Shown piece by piece: positions 8,609 to 16,208 of a stretch of 32,000 bases of DNA (positions are counted from its first letter, which is position 1; each line of letters opens with the position of its first letter). Origin of the DNA: Candidatus Korarchaeum cryptofilum OPF8 (lineage in GTDB: Archaea; Korarchaeota; Korarchaeia; Korarchaeales; Korarchaeaceae); the NCBI RefSeq assembly GCF_000019605.1, contig NC_010482.1, positions 60,001 through 92,000 of the forward strand, in the 5' to 3' direction. Position numbers and translations under genes: made by a program. Below the pieces are notes generated by a model, which saw only the letters and a list, made by a program, of their open reading frames with translations, ran no database searches and had not been told where the DNA came from.

Positions 8609-10380
8609 GGGTAGTACCTCCCGGATGCTCTGGCCATCTGATCTAGCTTGGATCCCGGTTTATTGACCCTGGGCCTGCCCGTATCCGGGTCCCTCCTGAA
8701 GGTGATATCGACGTCCATCAGGAACTCGTTCAGCCCTTCCCTAGGATCCTTAGGCGCCGATGCATAGCCCTCCTTCCCGGGGATCCCCCTGAATATCATT
8801 ATCCTATCCGAGTATGTCTCTATGGAGAGTATATCGTGTTCAACAACTATAACTGCCTTCCTCTCCCCCTTTATCCTCCTCCTTATAGCTTTGGCTACGG
8901 AGAACCTGGCCTCAACATCTAGGAATGCGCTAGGCTCATCTATTAAGTAGATATCGGCCTCTCTACCGAGGCAAGCAGCTATAGCAACTTTCTGCAGCTC
9001 ACCACCGCTCAGCTCATCCAAGTACTTATCTAAGAGATGCTCAATGCCGAGCCTCCTGATGACCTCCACCCTGAAGTACGGGCTGGAGTAGTTCTGCTCG
9101 GCCACTTTCCTGAGGAGGGATTCGACGGTCCCATCGTAGCTCGGCCTGACGTACTGGGGCTTATAAGATATCTTAAGAGTCGCATTTATACTTCCCTCAT
9201 CTGGCTGGAGCTCCCCGGCTAGGAGCCTTATGAAGGTAGTTTTTCCGATCCCATTCGGCCCGACAGCAACGACTACTTCGCCCACATATATCTGAGCGCC
9301 GCTAACGTGCAGGGAAAATCCGTTTAAGTGCTTCACCATGTCTGAGTAAGAGATCAGGACCTCCGATGAGGGCTCGGAAGGGACCGACCTCTGAAGGAAT
9401 GATATTGCCTCATCCCTGAACCTGACGTTATCGTCGGGCAGATAACCATCTAGGAATATGTTTATGCCCTCCCTAGTGGGGTGCGGGTGGCTCACGACAC
9501 CGTATACGCCGGGCTCTCCGTAAAGTATGTGGACGTAGTCGCTCAGGTAATCCAATATCGCCAGATCGTGCTCAACGACTATCAAGGACTTATTCTTATT
9601 CTGGAGCTCCCTCAAGAGCTTAGCGGCTTTCATCCTCTGGAAGACATCTAGATAGTTCGTGGGTTCATCGAATATGTAGAGGTCACCTTCCCTAAGGTAC
9701 GCCGCAGCTATAGCAACTTTCTGCAGCTCACCACCGCTCAGTTCCCTAAGATCCCTATCCCTTATGTTCTCGAGCTCCAAAATGGAATTGACCTCATCGT
9801 AGGAGCCTCTCTCATCTACCCTCCTTAGGACATCAGATACCCTGCCCCTCACTACCTCGGGTATCTTATCTATCCTCTCCGGCTTCAAAACGACCCTTAT
9901 TTCATTTTCGATCAGCTTCTTCAAGTAAGTGTGGAGCTCCGATCCCCTGAACCTCTCTAAAATCTCATCCCATGAGACTTCCCTATCGACGATCCCCAGA
10001 TTCGGCTTTATCCTCCCCGAGAGTATTGAGATAGATGTCGTCTTCCCTACGCCGTTCGGGCCTACGAGGCCCAGGACTTTAGAGGGTCTGACTATCGGCA
10101 GCCTGAAGAGGGTGAACCCGTTCACCCCATACCTATGGACCTCCTCGCCCTCTACCGGTGCTGGGAGGTTCACTACAGATATAGCACCAAATGGGCATTT
10201 CTTTACACAAATTCCGCATCCTGTGCACAATTTCTCATCTATTATGAGGGTAGAATCGACTAACTTTATCGTATCTTCTACCCCCATCCTCACCTCTGGG
10301 CAGTACTTTATGCACTCGAGACCGCACTTCTTGGGGTTGCACCTGTCCCTATCGACCACAGCTATTCTCTTGCCGGGCAA
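8605..10380 (-). CDS. abce1: ABCE1 / RNase L inhibitor homolog (ribosome recycling factor) with N-terminal 4Fe-4S domain
   Basis: N-terminal RCNPKKCGLECIKYCP and CTGCGICVKKCP clusters followed by two ABC NBDs (GPNGVGKTT / GPNGIGKTT, LSGGELQKVAIAA twice). TTG start 4 nt after the iorB stop. Confidence 0.95.
   Translation of the reverse strand: MPGKRIAVVDRDRCNPKKCGLECIKYCPEVRMGVEDTIKLVDSTLIIDEKLCTGCGICVKKCPFGAISVVNLPAPVEGEEVHRYGVNGFTLFRLPIVRPSKVLGLVGPNGVGKTTSISILSGRIKPNLGIVDREVSWDEILERFRGSELHTYLKKLIENEIRVVLKPERIDKIPEVVRGRVSDVLRRVDERGSYDEVNSILELENIRDRDLRELSGGELQKVAIAAAYLREGDLYIFDEPTNYLDVFQRMKAAKLLRELQNKNKSLIVVEHDLAILDYLSDYVHILYGEPGVYGVVSHPHPTREGINIFLDGYLPDDNVRFRDEAISFLQRSVPSEPSSEVLISYSDMVKHLNGFSLHVSGAQIYVGEVVVAVGPNGIGKTTFIRLLAGELQPDEGSINATLKISYKPQYVRPSYDGTVESLLRKVAEQNYSSPYFRVEVIRRLGIEHLLDKYLDELSGGELQKVAIAACLGREADIYLIDEPSAFLDVEARFSVAKAIRRRIKGERKAVIVVEHDILSIETYSDRIMIFRGIPGKEGYASAPKDPREGLNEFLMDVDITFRRDPDTGRPRVNKPGSKLDQMARASGRYYP
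8975..9012. repeat. 38-bp exact direct repeat, copy 1 (inside ABCE1 NBD2 signature motif)
   Basis: gcagctatagcaactttctgcagctcaccaccgctcag is identical to 9704-9741. It encodes LSGGELQKVAIAA on the minus strand. Confidence 0.95.
9704..9741. repeat. 38-bp exact direct repeat, copy 2 (inside ABCE1 NBD1 signature motif)
   Basis: Identical 38-mer to 8975-9012, 729 bp away in the same gene. Confidence 0.95.
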
Positions 10381-10384
10381 GGGA

Positions 10385-10987
10385 TCACCTCGGAAGGGAA
10401 GCCTCCCTTCCGAGATCGAAGGCCCTCAGATTTAAATCCCGATACCTAGCTGGCGATAGCTCCGATATGGCCTCCCTTATCAGATCCTCCGGGAAAGGTA
10501 TGGCCCCGCTCGCCTGAGCGGCGCCCAGTATGACGACGTTAGCAGCTATATAGTCGCCAGCTTTCTCAGCTAGGCCGTAAGCATCTACAGTGAACAATTT
10601 CCTCGGATTTAAGCTCTTAATAGCTTCTATAACCTCATCCAAGCTCGGCACCCTGAACCTGCTCAAGTAGGCAGCCATGGGAACTATCATATGATCGCTC
10701 ATAACGACAGTGGTCCTCTCAGATATGTATGGAGCCTGCCTCAGTGTTTCCAGGGGTTCCATGCCTATGAGTAAATCGAGGGTCCCCTCGAGGACTAGAG
10801 GGCTGTGAACCTCGCTCCCTATCCTGAGCTCAGTCCTAATAGAGCCGTATCTCTGCGAGAGACCGTGCACCTCGCTCTGAACGAAGTTTATTCCCATCTT
10901 CAGAGCAGCTCTGGCCAACACATTCGTCGTGAACAGGATTCCCTGGCCTCCGACACCAGCCACTATCACGTTGAATTCCTCTATCAT
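10385..10987 (-). CDS. iorB: indolepyruvate:ferredoxin oxidoreductase, beta subunit
   Basis: FNVIVAGVGGQGIL N-terminus and about 200 aa, immediately downstream of iorA. ATG 10987 (GTG 10993 also possible). Confidence 0.85.
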   Translation of the reverse strand: MIEEFNVIVAGVGGQGILFTTNVLARAALKMGINFVQSEVHGLSQRYGSIRTELRIGSEVHSPLVLEGTLDLLIGMEPLETLRQAPYISERTTVVMSDHMIVPMAAYLSRFRVPSLDEVIEAIKSLNPRKLFTVDAYGLAEKAGDYIAANVVILGAAQASGAIPFPEDLIREAISELSPARYRDLNLRAFDLGREASLPR

Positions 10988-10989
10988 GC

Positions 10990-12882
10990 TCACACCCCCA
11001 CTTTATCATCTCTCCAGTTTAACGATCCCTCCTGAGGCTCTATCGCATCATATGGGCAGACCTGAACGCAAGCACCGCATCCGAAACAGATAGCAGGGTC
11101 TATCTCAACCGAGGAGCCGGTATCGACGAAAGCTGGGCATGCGAATGTATTTATGCACACCCTACAGTAAGTGCACTTATCCTTGTTCACCCTGTAAGGC
11201 ACTATCTTCTTCCCCTCGGCCCTAATGTTCCTGACCGTTAAGAGGGCGCACTCCCTCCTCGTTATCACGACTGAAACACCATCTGTCTTCAGGGCCTCCC
11301 TTATCGCTTCCTCAGTCCCCTTGTGATCGAACGGGTCGACGACCCTGACGTAGTTAACCCCCATAGCTCTGACTAAATCCTCTATACTTATCGAGGGGGC
11401 CTCGCGTCCCACAGCATCGTAGGGCACACCGGGATGTGACTGATGCCCCGTCATTGCGGTCGTTCTGTTATCCATTATAATAACTGTGAGCTTCCTCTTA
11501 TTGTGAACAGCATTTATCAAAGCTGGTATTCCTGCATGGAAGAATGTGGAATCCCCTATGAGCGCAACGACATCCTGCTGAGTCGCTAAGCTTACGCCGT
11601 TGGCTATACCTATGGATGAGCCCATCGCATGGGTCACGTGCTCCACCCTGAACGGGGGCTGGAAGAGGAGGGCATAGCAACCTATATCGCCCATGAAAGC
11701 AGCCCTTCCAGCCGCTCTTCTCAAAGCGTACCCTGCTGATCTGTGGGGACAAGCGGGACAGAGGATGGGTTGCCTAGGTGGAACCATCTCGAGCAATTTA
11801 GAACTTCTTCTATCGATCTCACTGAAATCTATCGGCGATTTAACCCCGAATGCCTTTGAAAATCCTTCAAGAACTGTCCTTATGGTATATTCGTGGACCT
11901 GGGGCATGTGTCCCGTTAGCTTACCCAAGATCTCGAGATCCGGGGCATAATCCTTTGCTAAAGCCTTTATCCTGAGCTCGAGGAAGGGATCAAGTTCCTC
12001 AACAATGAAAGCTGTGTTTATAGATCTCAGGAATTCCCCTATCATTCGCTCAGGTAAGGGGAAGGTCATGCCTATCTTCAGTATCTTGGCCTCGAGGCCC
12101 GCTAACCTCAGGGCATCCTTCACATGGGCGTAAGATACTCCAGAAGTTATTATCCCGATCTCAGAATCTTGAGGGCCTTCAACTCTCGCATAATTCCCTG
12201 AAATTCCCTGAATTTCCTTTATCTTTTTTAGGAGCTCTGCGTGATGCTTCCTCGCTATCGCACCGACCTGCAGATATCTATCGGGTTCGGGAGGTTCGAA
12301 TTTACCAATAGTGCCTTTAGCTGTTATCTCACCGAGCCTTACAGGACCCCTCTGATGATTTATCCTGGTCGTCGTCCTCAGCATGAATGGTATCTTATAT
12401 CTGTAAGATAGTTCCATCGCTTCCTTAGTGAAATCCTTGGCTTCCTGAACGTTGGATGGCTCAAGCATCGGCAGGCCTGCCGCTTCACTATAATGCCTGT
12501 TGTCCTGCTCGTTTTGACTACTGTGGCAATGAGGATCGTCCGCCGATACTATAACCATCGCACCAGTGAGTCCGGCATAAGTGAGAGTGAAGATCGCATC
12601 GGCGGCGACGTTGAAGCCGACGTGCTTCATCATGGTCATAGATCTGAGTCCCGACCAGGCAGCGCCTATAGCTACTTCAGCGGCAACCTTCTCATTCGAT
12701 GACCACTCGAAGTATATACCCAGCTTCTTAGCAGCGAGGGATAGAGCTTCGCCTATCTCCGTACTCGGGGTTCCGGGATAAGCTGCCGCAACATTAAGGC
12801 CGCCCTCTAGAGCCCCTCTAGCTATAGCCTCGTTCCCCAGTAGGGTCTCCAAAGTACCAGGTGGAGCTAATAGGTCCCCCAT
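10990..12882 (-). CDS. iorA: indolepyruvate:ferredoxin oxidoreductase, alpha subunit (TPP-binding, C-terminal 2x[4Fe-4S])
   Basis: LLGNEAIARGALEGG N-terminus, TPP motif GDSTFFHAG...MDN, C-terminal CTYCRVCINTFACP and CFGCGACVQVCP. ATG 12882 is preferred over the track's TTG 12939. Confidence 0.9.
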   Translation of the reverse strand: MGDLLAPPGTLETLLGNEAIARGALEGGLNVAAAYPGTPSTEIGEALSLAAKKLGIYFEWSSNEKVAAEVAIGAAWSGLRSMTMMKHVGFNVAADAIFTLTYAGLTGAMVIVSADDPHCHSSQNEQDNRHYSEAAGLPMLEPSNVQEAKDFTKEAMELSYRYKIPFMLRTTTRINHQRGPVRLGEITAKGTIGKFEPPEPDRYLQVGAIARKHHAELLKKIKEIQGISGNYARVEGPQDSEIGIITSGVSYAHVKDALRLAGLEAKILKIGMTFPLPERMIGEFLRSINTAFIVEELDPFLELRIKALAKDYAPDLEILGKLTGHMPQVHEYTIRTVLEGFSKAFGVKSPIDFSEIDRRSSKLLEMVPPRQPILCPACPHRSAGYALRRAAGRAAFMGDIGCYALLFQPPFRVEHVTHAMGSSIGIANGVSLATQQDVVALIGDSTFFHAGIPALINAVHNKRKLTVIIMDNRTTAMTGHQSHPGVPYDAVGREAPSISIEDLVRAMGVNYVRVVDPFDHKGTEEAIREALKTDGVSVVITRRECALLTVRNIRAEGKKIVPYRVNKDKCTYCRVCINTFACPAFVDTGSSVEIDPAICFGCGACVQVCPYDAIEPQEGSLNWRDDKVGV

Positions 12883-13022
12883 GCTCTCCCAAGAAAATTG
12901 CAGAGAAAAAATTAAAACTTCCCTCCCCGACGAATCCAAAAGATTATGAACTATAAATACATCTAAAATATATTATTAATCGGAAATAGGGGAAGTATGT
13001 GTAAAAATTCTGAAAATTGCTC

Positions 13023-13040
13023 AAAAATAGAAAAATATTT
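13023..13040 (-). terminator. oligo-T terminator after the ACD-alpha-like gene
   Basis: The minus strand reads AAATATTTTTCTATTTTTG starting about 10 nt after stop 13051 (two T5 runs). It is followed by an A/T-rich promoter region for iorA. Confidence 0.4.
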
Positions 13041-13050
13041 GGTGAGTATT

Positions 13051-14346
13051 TCAGTGAGACTCGAAGTACCTAGCTGCGAAATCCAGCGCCTTACCTACGT
13101 TCGCGATATTAACGTAGGACGGTATTCCATCCCTTCTGAGCCTTCTCGCGACCTCCCTGCTTAGATCTCCGCCAAGAAAAACTGGGATCACGGGTTTATC
13201 CATGAGATCCCTCATCTCGAGGAGCATCGTCTGTAGTTTCTCTAGATACATGGGATTTGTCCCGCAGTAGATCAGAATTATGAGATCTATCTCGCTGGAG
13301 TTCATACTACTCTCTAGGATTCCCCTGAATATCTCGGGACTCGCTTCTGGAGTTAGATCTATGGGATTCCTATGGAAAGATCCCTCCGGCATGAATATCC
13401 TCATATCATCTATGGATGCATCGCTCAAATTGGGGATCTCCAGGGAGGTGTTTTCAAGAGATTCAACGAGCAAGTTCCCGGCTCCACTGCTGTTACTTAC
13501 CACTAGAGCCCTCTTTCCCCTGATTTCCTTCCCTAGGAAAGCTGCAGCTATATCGAAGGCAGCTATGAAGTCATTAGTGATTGGAATTTCCTTCCTAAGC
13601 GGTTCAAGCTTCCTCCTAATTTCCGCGGATCCCGTGACTATGATTATTGGCTTCCTCTTAAGGGCTTCCCTGACGGACTCCATGAACTTCTTCTGATCCC
13701 CCAACGTCTCCATGTGGATCATTATGGACTTAGTATCATCATCCTCCGAGAGGTAGCTGAGGAGATCTTCCTCCTCTATATCTGCTTTACCCCCAGTCCC
13801 CACTACAGCGGAGAACTCAAATCCTTCGGAGATACCGAAATCTATCATGGAAATTCCCAGTGTCTTAGATTCCGAGATGAGAGCTATACCTCTCCCTCCA
13901 CTGTTCAATGGTACTGGGGACACATTTATCCTGTTTTTTGGGTAGTAAACACCTAGGGATGATGGGCCCAAGATCCTCATCCCGTGCTTCCTCGATACCT
14001 CCGAAATCGCCTCTCTCAGGGGGCTCATCCTCCTCCCGGATAGTATTATTGCGCTTCTCACACCCTTCGCCCCCAATTCCTCCAGGATCTTAGGGACGTA
14101 GCTCTCAGGGGCTGAGACTACAGCGAGATCTATCTCATCCGTTACATCTAGAACGGACTTATAGCTTCTTATATCTTGAACCTCGGAGTACCTGTGGCTT
14201 ATCGGATATATGGGCCCCCTGAAACCGCACTTCAAAAGGTTATTCATTACCTCATAACCCAGCTTTCCAGGAGTCTTTGAGACTCCAACCATAGCTATAG
14301 ATTTAGGATTAAAGAGACTTTCCAGGTTCCCTTTAGTATTTTTCAA
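13051..14346 (-). CDS. ADP-forming acetyl-CoA synthetase alpha-like / CoA-binding domain protein, apparently lacking the phosphohistidine loop
   Basis: LFNPKSIAMVGVSKTPGKLGYEV..., MRILGPSSLGV, ALISESKTLG and GTGGKADI follow the ACD-alpha/succinyl-CoA-synthetase-alpha layout. TTG start. No SHTGSLAG-like segment and no His between KPIIIVTGS and ALVVSNSSGAG. Confidence 0.75.
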   Translation of the reverse strand: MKNTKGNLESLFNPKSIAMVGVSKTPGKLGYEVMNNLLKCGFRGPIYPISHRYSEVQDIRSYKSVLDVTDEIDLAVVSAPESYVPKILEELGAKGVRSAIILSGRRMSPLREAISEVSRKHGMRILGPSSLGVYYPKNRINVSPVPLNSGGRGIALISESKTLGISMIDFGISEGFEFSAVVGTGGKADIEEEDLLSYLSEDDDTKSIMIHMETLGDQKKFMESVREALKRKPIIIVTGSAEIRRKLEPLRKEIPITNDFIAAFDIAAAFLGKEIRGKRALVVSNSSGAGNLLVESLENTSLEIPNLSDASIDDMRIFMPEGSFHRNPIDLTPEASPEIFRGILESSMNSSEIDLIILIYCGTNPMYLEKLQTMLLEMRDLMDKPVIPVFLGGDLSREVARRLRRDGIPSYVNIANVGKALDFAARYFESH

Positions 14347-14352
14347 TAGGGT

Positions 14353-14871
14353 TCACCCCATTTCAGTTGCCACAGCCCTCCATAACGCGTCTCCTGCATG
14401 GTGAATATTTTTAATAGTTTTTCCCCTCTCCTTGGCCTCATCGCTAGATCTCTGAGCTATTCCGAGGGCTATTACAGCCTTAATTTTCTCATCGACGACA
14501 GCGACGATGTCGCCGGGGTTAAATTTTCCCTCGACATCTTTGATCCCCGGACCCATCACGTCGGCTCCGCTCGCGATGGGCTTAACGGCACCTAGATCTA
14601 CGACGACTCTGGGTATCGGTAACTTCAGTTTCTCTACGGCGGTTAGGAAGGGTATGAGCCTGCCATCAGGAAATTCTATTAGTATTGGGGTATCTTGGAG
14701 GTAATAGACTTTCGCGACATCATCCCTCAGGGGGACCTCCAATACCTGAAGGGAGATCTTCCTCCTCTGAAATACCTCATCCATCCCAGGTATCTCGGAG
14801 ATAGCCCTATCTATGAGCTGCCTGCTCTCCTTAAGCGTTAAAAAGTATTTCTTGAACTTTATTCGGATCAC
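14353..14871 (-). CDS. PUA-domain RNA-binding protein (COG2016 / MCT-1-Tma20-like)
   Basis: VVVDLGAVKPIASGADVMGPGI...PGDIVAVVDE...AVIALGIAQRSS...IKNIHHAGDALW is the classic PUA core. GTG start preceded by GAGGGG. Confidence 0.75.
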   Translation of the reverse strand: MIRIKFKKYFLTLKESRQLIDRAISEIPGMDEVFQRRKISLQVLEVPLRDDVAKVYYLQDTPILIEFPDGRLIPFLTAVEKLKLPIPRVVVDLGAVKPIASGADVMGPGIKDVEGKFNPGDIVAVVDEKIKAVIALGIAQRSSDEAKERGKTIKNIHHAGDALWRAVATEMG

Positions 14872-14883
14872 CCCTCAAAATAA

Positions 14884-14960
14884 TGGCGCCCGGGCCGGGA
14901 TTTGAACCCGGGTCTGGGGCTCGACAGGCCCCTATGCTGGCCGGGCTACACCACCCGGGC
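14884..14960 (-). tRNA. tRNA-Asp (anticodon GTC), genomically encoded CCA, no intron
   Basis: Reverse complement GCCCGGGTGGTGTAGCCCGGCCAGCATAGGGGCCTGTCGAGCCCCAGACCCGGGTTCAAATCCCGGCCCGGGCGCCA folds as a cloverleaf. It has a 7-bp all-WC acceptor stem, anticodon stem GGGGC/GCCCC with loop CTGTCGA, and T arm CCGGG-TTCAAAT-CCCGG. Confidence 0.95.
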
Positions 14961-14985
14961 ACCTGTGATGAGTTAACGCATCTCA

Positions 14986-14993
14986 TTATAAAT
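14986..14993 (-). promoter_or_regulatory. TATA box for tRNA-Asp, overlapping the stop codon of the upstream Endo-IV-like gene
   Basis: The minus strand reads ATTTATAA. Centre is about 29 nt upstream of the mature tRNA 5' end (14960). Confidence 0.5.
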
Positions 14994-15831
14994 CTTTCAC
15001 CTTGCTGAGCGCGCTCATGTAGAGGGCCCTCATCTTAACGGAGTCCCTCTCTAGCAACGGGGACTCGGATATTACGATCCATCTCAATCCATATTCCGCT
15101 ATGATCTCAGCTAAGGGCTCGAATGGAGGTCCATAGCCCGAACCCAGATCGTGGTGCATCCTCTCTCCAATTCCCGATTTAGCGAGCTCGACCTCGGTGA
15201 AGTGTATTATGAGACCGTTCAGATCCCCCAGCCTCCCCTCAATGGTCCTAAGGATCCTCTCATAATCCCCTCTGCCCCTTATGCTTCCTCCCTCCCTCGC
15301 GTGGATGTGCGCGAAATCTATAGTGGGCCTCACTCCATCCACCTCCTCAGACATCCTCAGAACCTCATCCAAGGATCCCAGTTGGGATGGCTTACCCGTC
15401 GTCTCAGGTCCTAGCTCCAAATTTATCCCGAGAGAATTCAGTCCATCCCTTACCCTCTTCAGCGCTTCTATAGCTGCCCTAAGGGCATCTTCGCCACTCA
15501 TCTTCCCATAGTAACCTGGGTGGAATGTAATATGGCCTGCACCCATCTTGCTAGCGGCTATTCCGGAATCTATCAGCCTCTTGATACTAGCCTCCCCCTT
15601 CTCCTCGGAGCAGAGGTTTATCGCATATGGGGCATGTAAGGAGAGCATTATATCGTTTTCAGAGGCTTCCTTCCTCACCCAGGAGAGTACATCTTCATTC
15701 TTCGGTATCGCCCTCACAGCCTGATACTCCATGGCATCTAGACCTATTTCCCTCAAGTAGGAGAAGGCCCTCTCCTTCGGAGCATCTATCGGATAGCCAG
15801 CGGGCCCGAACCTGATCCTATCGATTAGCAC
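14986..15831 (-). CDS. xylose-isomerase-like TIM-barrel protein, endonuclease IV (AP endonuclease family 2)-like
   Basis: LSLHAPYAINLCS, ITFHPGYY, IDFAHIHA and LIIHFTE resemble the metal-ligand strands of Endo IV-type TIM barrels. GTG start. Confidence 0.65.
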   Translation of the reverse strand: MLIDRIRFGPAGYPIDAPKERAFSYLREIGLDAMEYQAVRAIPKNEDVLSWVRKEASENDIMLSLHAPYAINLCSEEKGEASIKRLIDSGIAASKMGAGHITFHPGYYGKMSGEDALRAAIEALKRVRDGLNSLGINLELGPETTGKPSQLGSLDEVLRMSEEVDGVRPTIDFAHIHAREGGSIRGRGDYERILRTIEGRLGDLNGLIIHFTEVELAKSGIGERMHHDLGSGYGPPFEPLAEIIAEYGLRWIVISESPLLERDSVKMRALYMSALSKVKDL

Positions 15832-16009
15832 GATAATTCCAACACTCCCTAAAAGATAAAGGTTCCCTTGTCAGAAGATTCATCATAGGAGAATATTAAT
15901 AAACTCACCATTTATTATGTTATGGTAAATAATGCATGATATTCCTTCATTTCTATAGAATGAGGTTGAAAATATTAATGAAATGGTGAAGGTGCGCTCA
16001 TCCGCGTGG

Positions 16010-16023
16010 CGAAAGGTATTTAT
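16010..16023 (+). promoter_or_regulatory. BRE/TATA-like element upstream of the GC-rich structured element
   Basis: cgaaagg + tatttat. The TATA centre is about 26 nt upstream of 16046, the first base of the 12-bp closing helix. Confidence 0.35.
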
Positions 16024-16045
16024 CCCACATCACCCCATAAATCAC

Positions 16046-16206
16046 GGGTCACCCGGCCCGCTACGGGCTTAGCCCCTTCGTGGGCTATCGCGACATAGTG
16101 CGGGGGAAGGGGCCCTAGATTGGCCCCGATCACCGGCGTCCCAAAGGACGCCACCCCCTCCGTACTTTGCGCCGGGTGACCCCACCTCCGCCTCCCTCGG
16201 TGGAGA
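16046..16206 (+). ncRNA. candidate structured RNA (independent ncRNA or long structured 5' leader of the radical-SAM gene); family not recognised
   Basis: Sharp rise in G+C relative to the flanks. Hand-folded helices: 16046-16057/16171-16182 (12 bp perfect), 16056-16060/16064-16068, 16070-16075/16082-16087, 16097-16106/16156-16166, 16109-16114/16122-16127, 16135-16141/16146-16152. A TATA-like box lies about 26 nt upstream of 16046. Ends are approximate. Confidence 0.4.
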
Positions 16207-16208
16207 GA

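Noticed and set aside
9929-10435. Long antisense shadow ORFs opposite well-supported genes (e.g. 9929-10435, 13280-13696, 20784-21314, 22977-23369, 27907-28431)
   Set aside because: Each lies entirely within, and antisense to, a gene with strong family motifs. Their sequences are Ser/Pro/Leu-rich without motifs, the typical shadow-frame artefact.
16183-16197. Exact 15-mer cacctccgcctccct repeated at 19126-19140
   Set aside because: In 32 kb about one exact 15-mer coincidence is expected by chance. The motif is the complement of the common SD GGAGGTG plus G-rich context. At 19126 it is simply the speH SD, and at 16183 no start codon follows on the minus strand.
16046-16206. Identification of the GC-rich element as SRP RNA, RNase P RNA, 5S rRNA or an intron-containing tRNA
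   Set aside because: The topology is superficially SRP-like: a closing helix, two small hairpins, and a long helix ending in two hairpins. But the helices are far too short, and the helix-8 GGAA/AGCA-type motif is absent. No GAAAGUCC / ACAGAA..GGCUUA-type RNase P conserved regions occur on either strand. No T-arm (GTTCRAATC) or 5S-like sequence is present. Only a covariance-model search can settle this.
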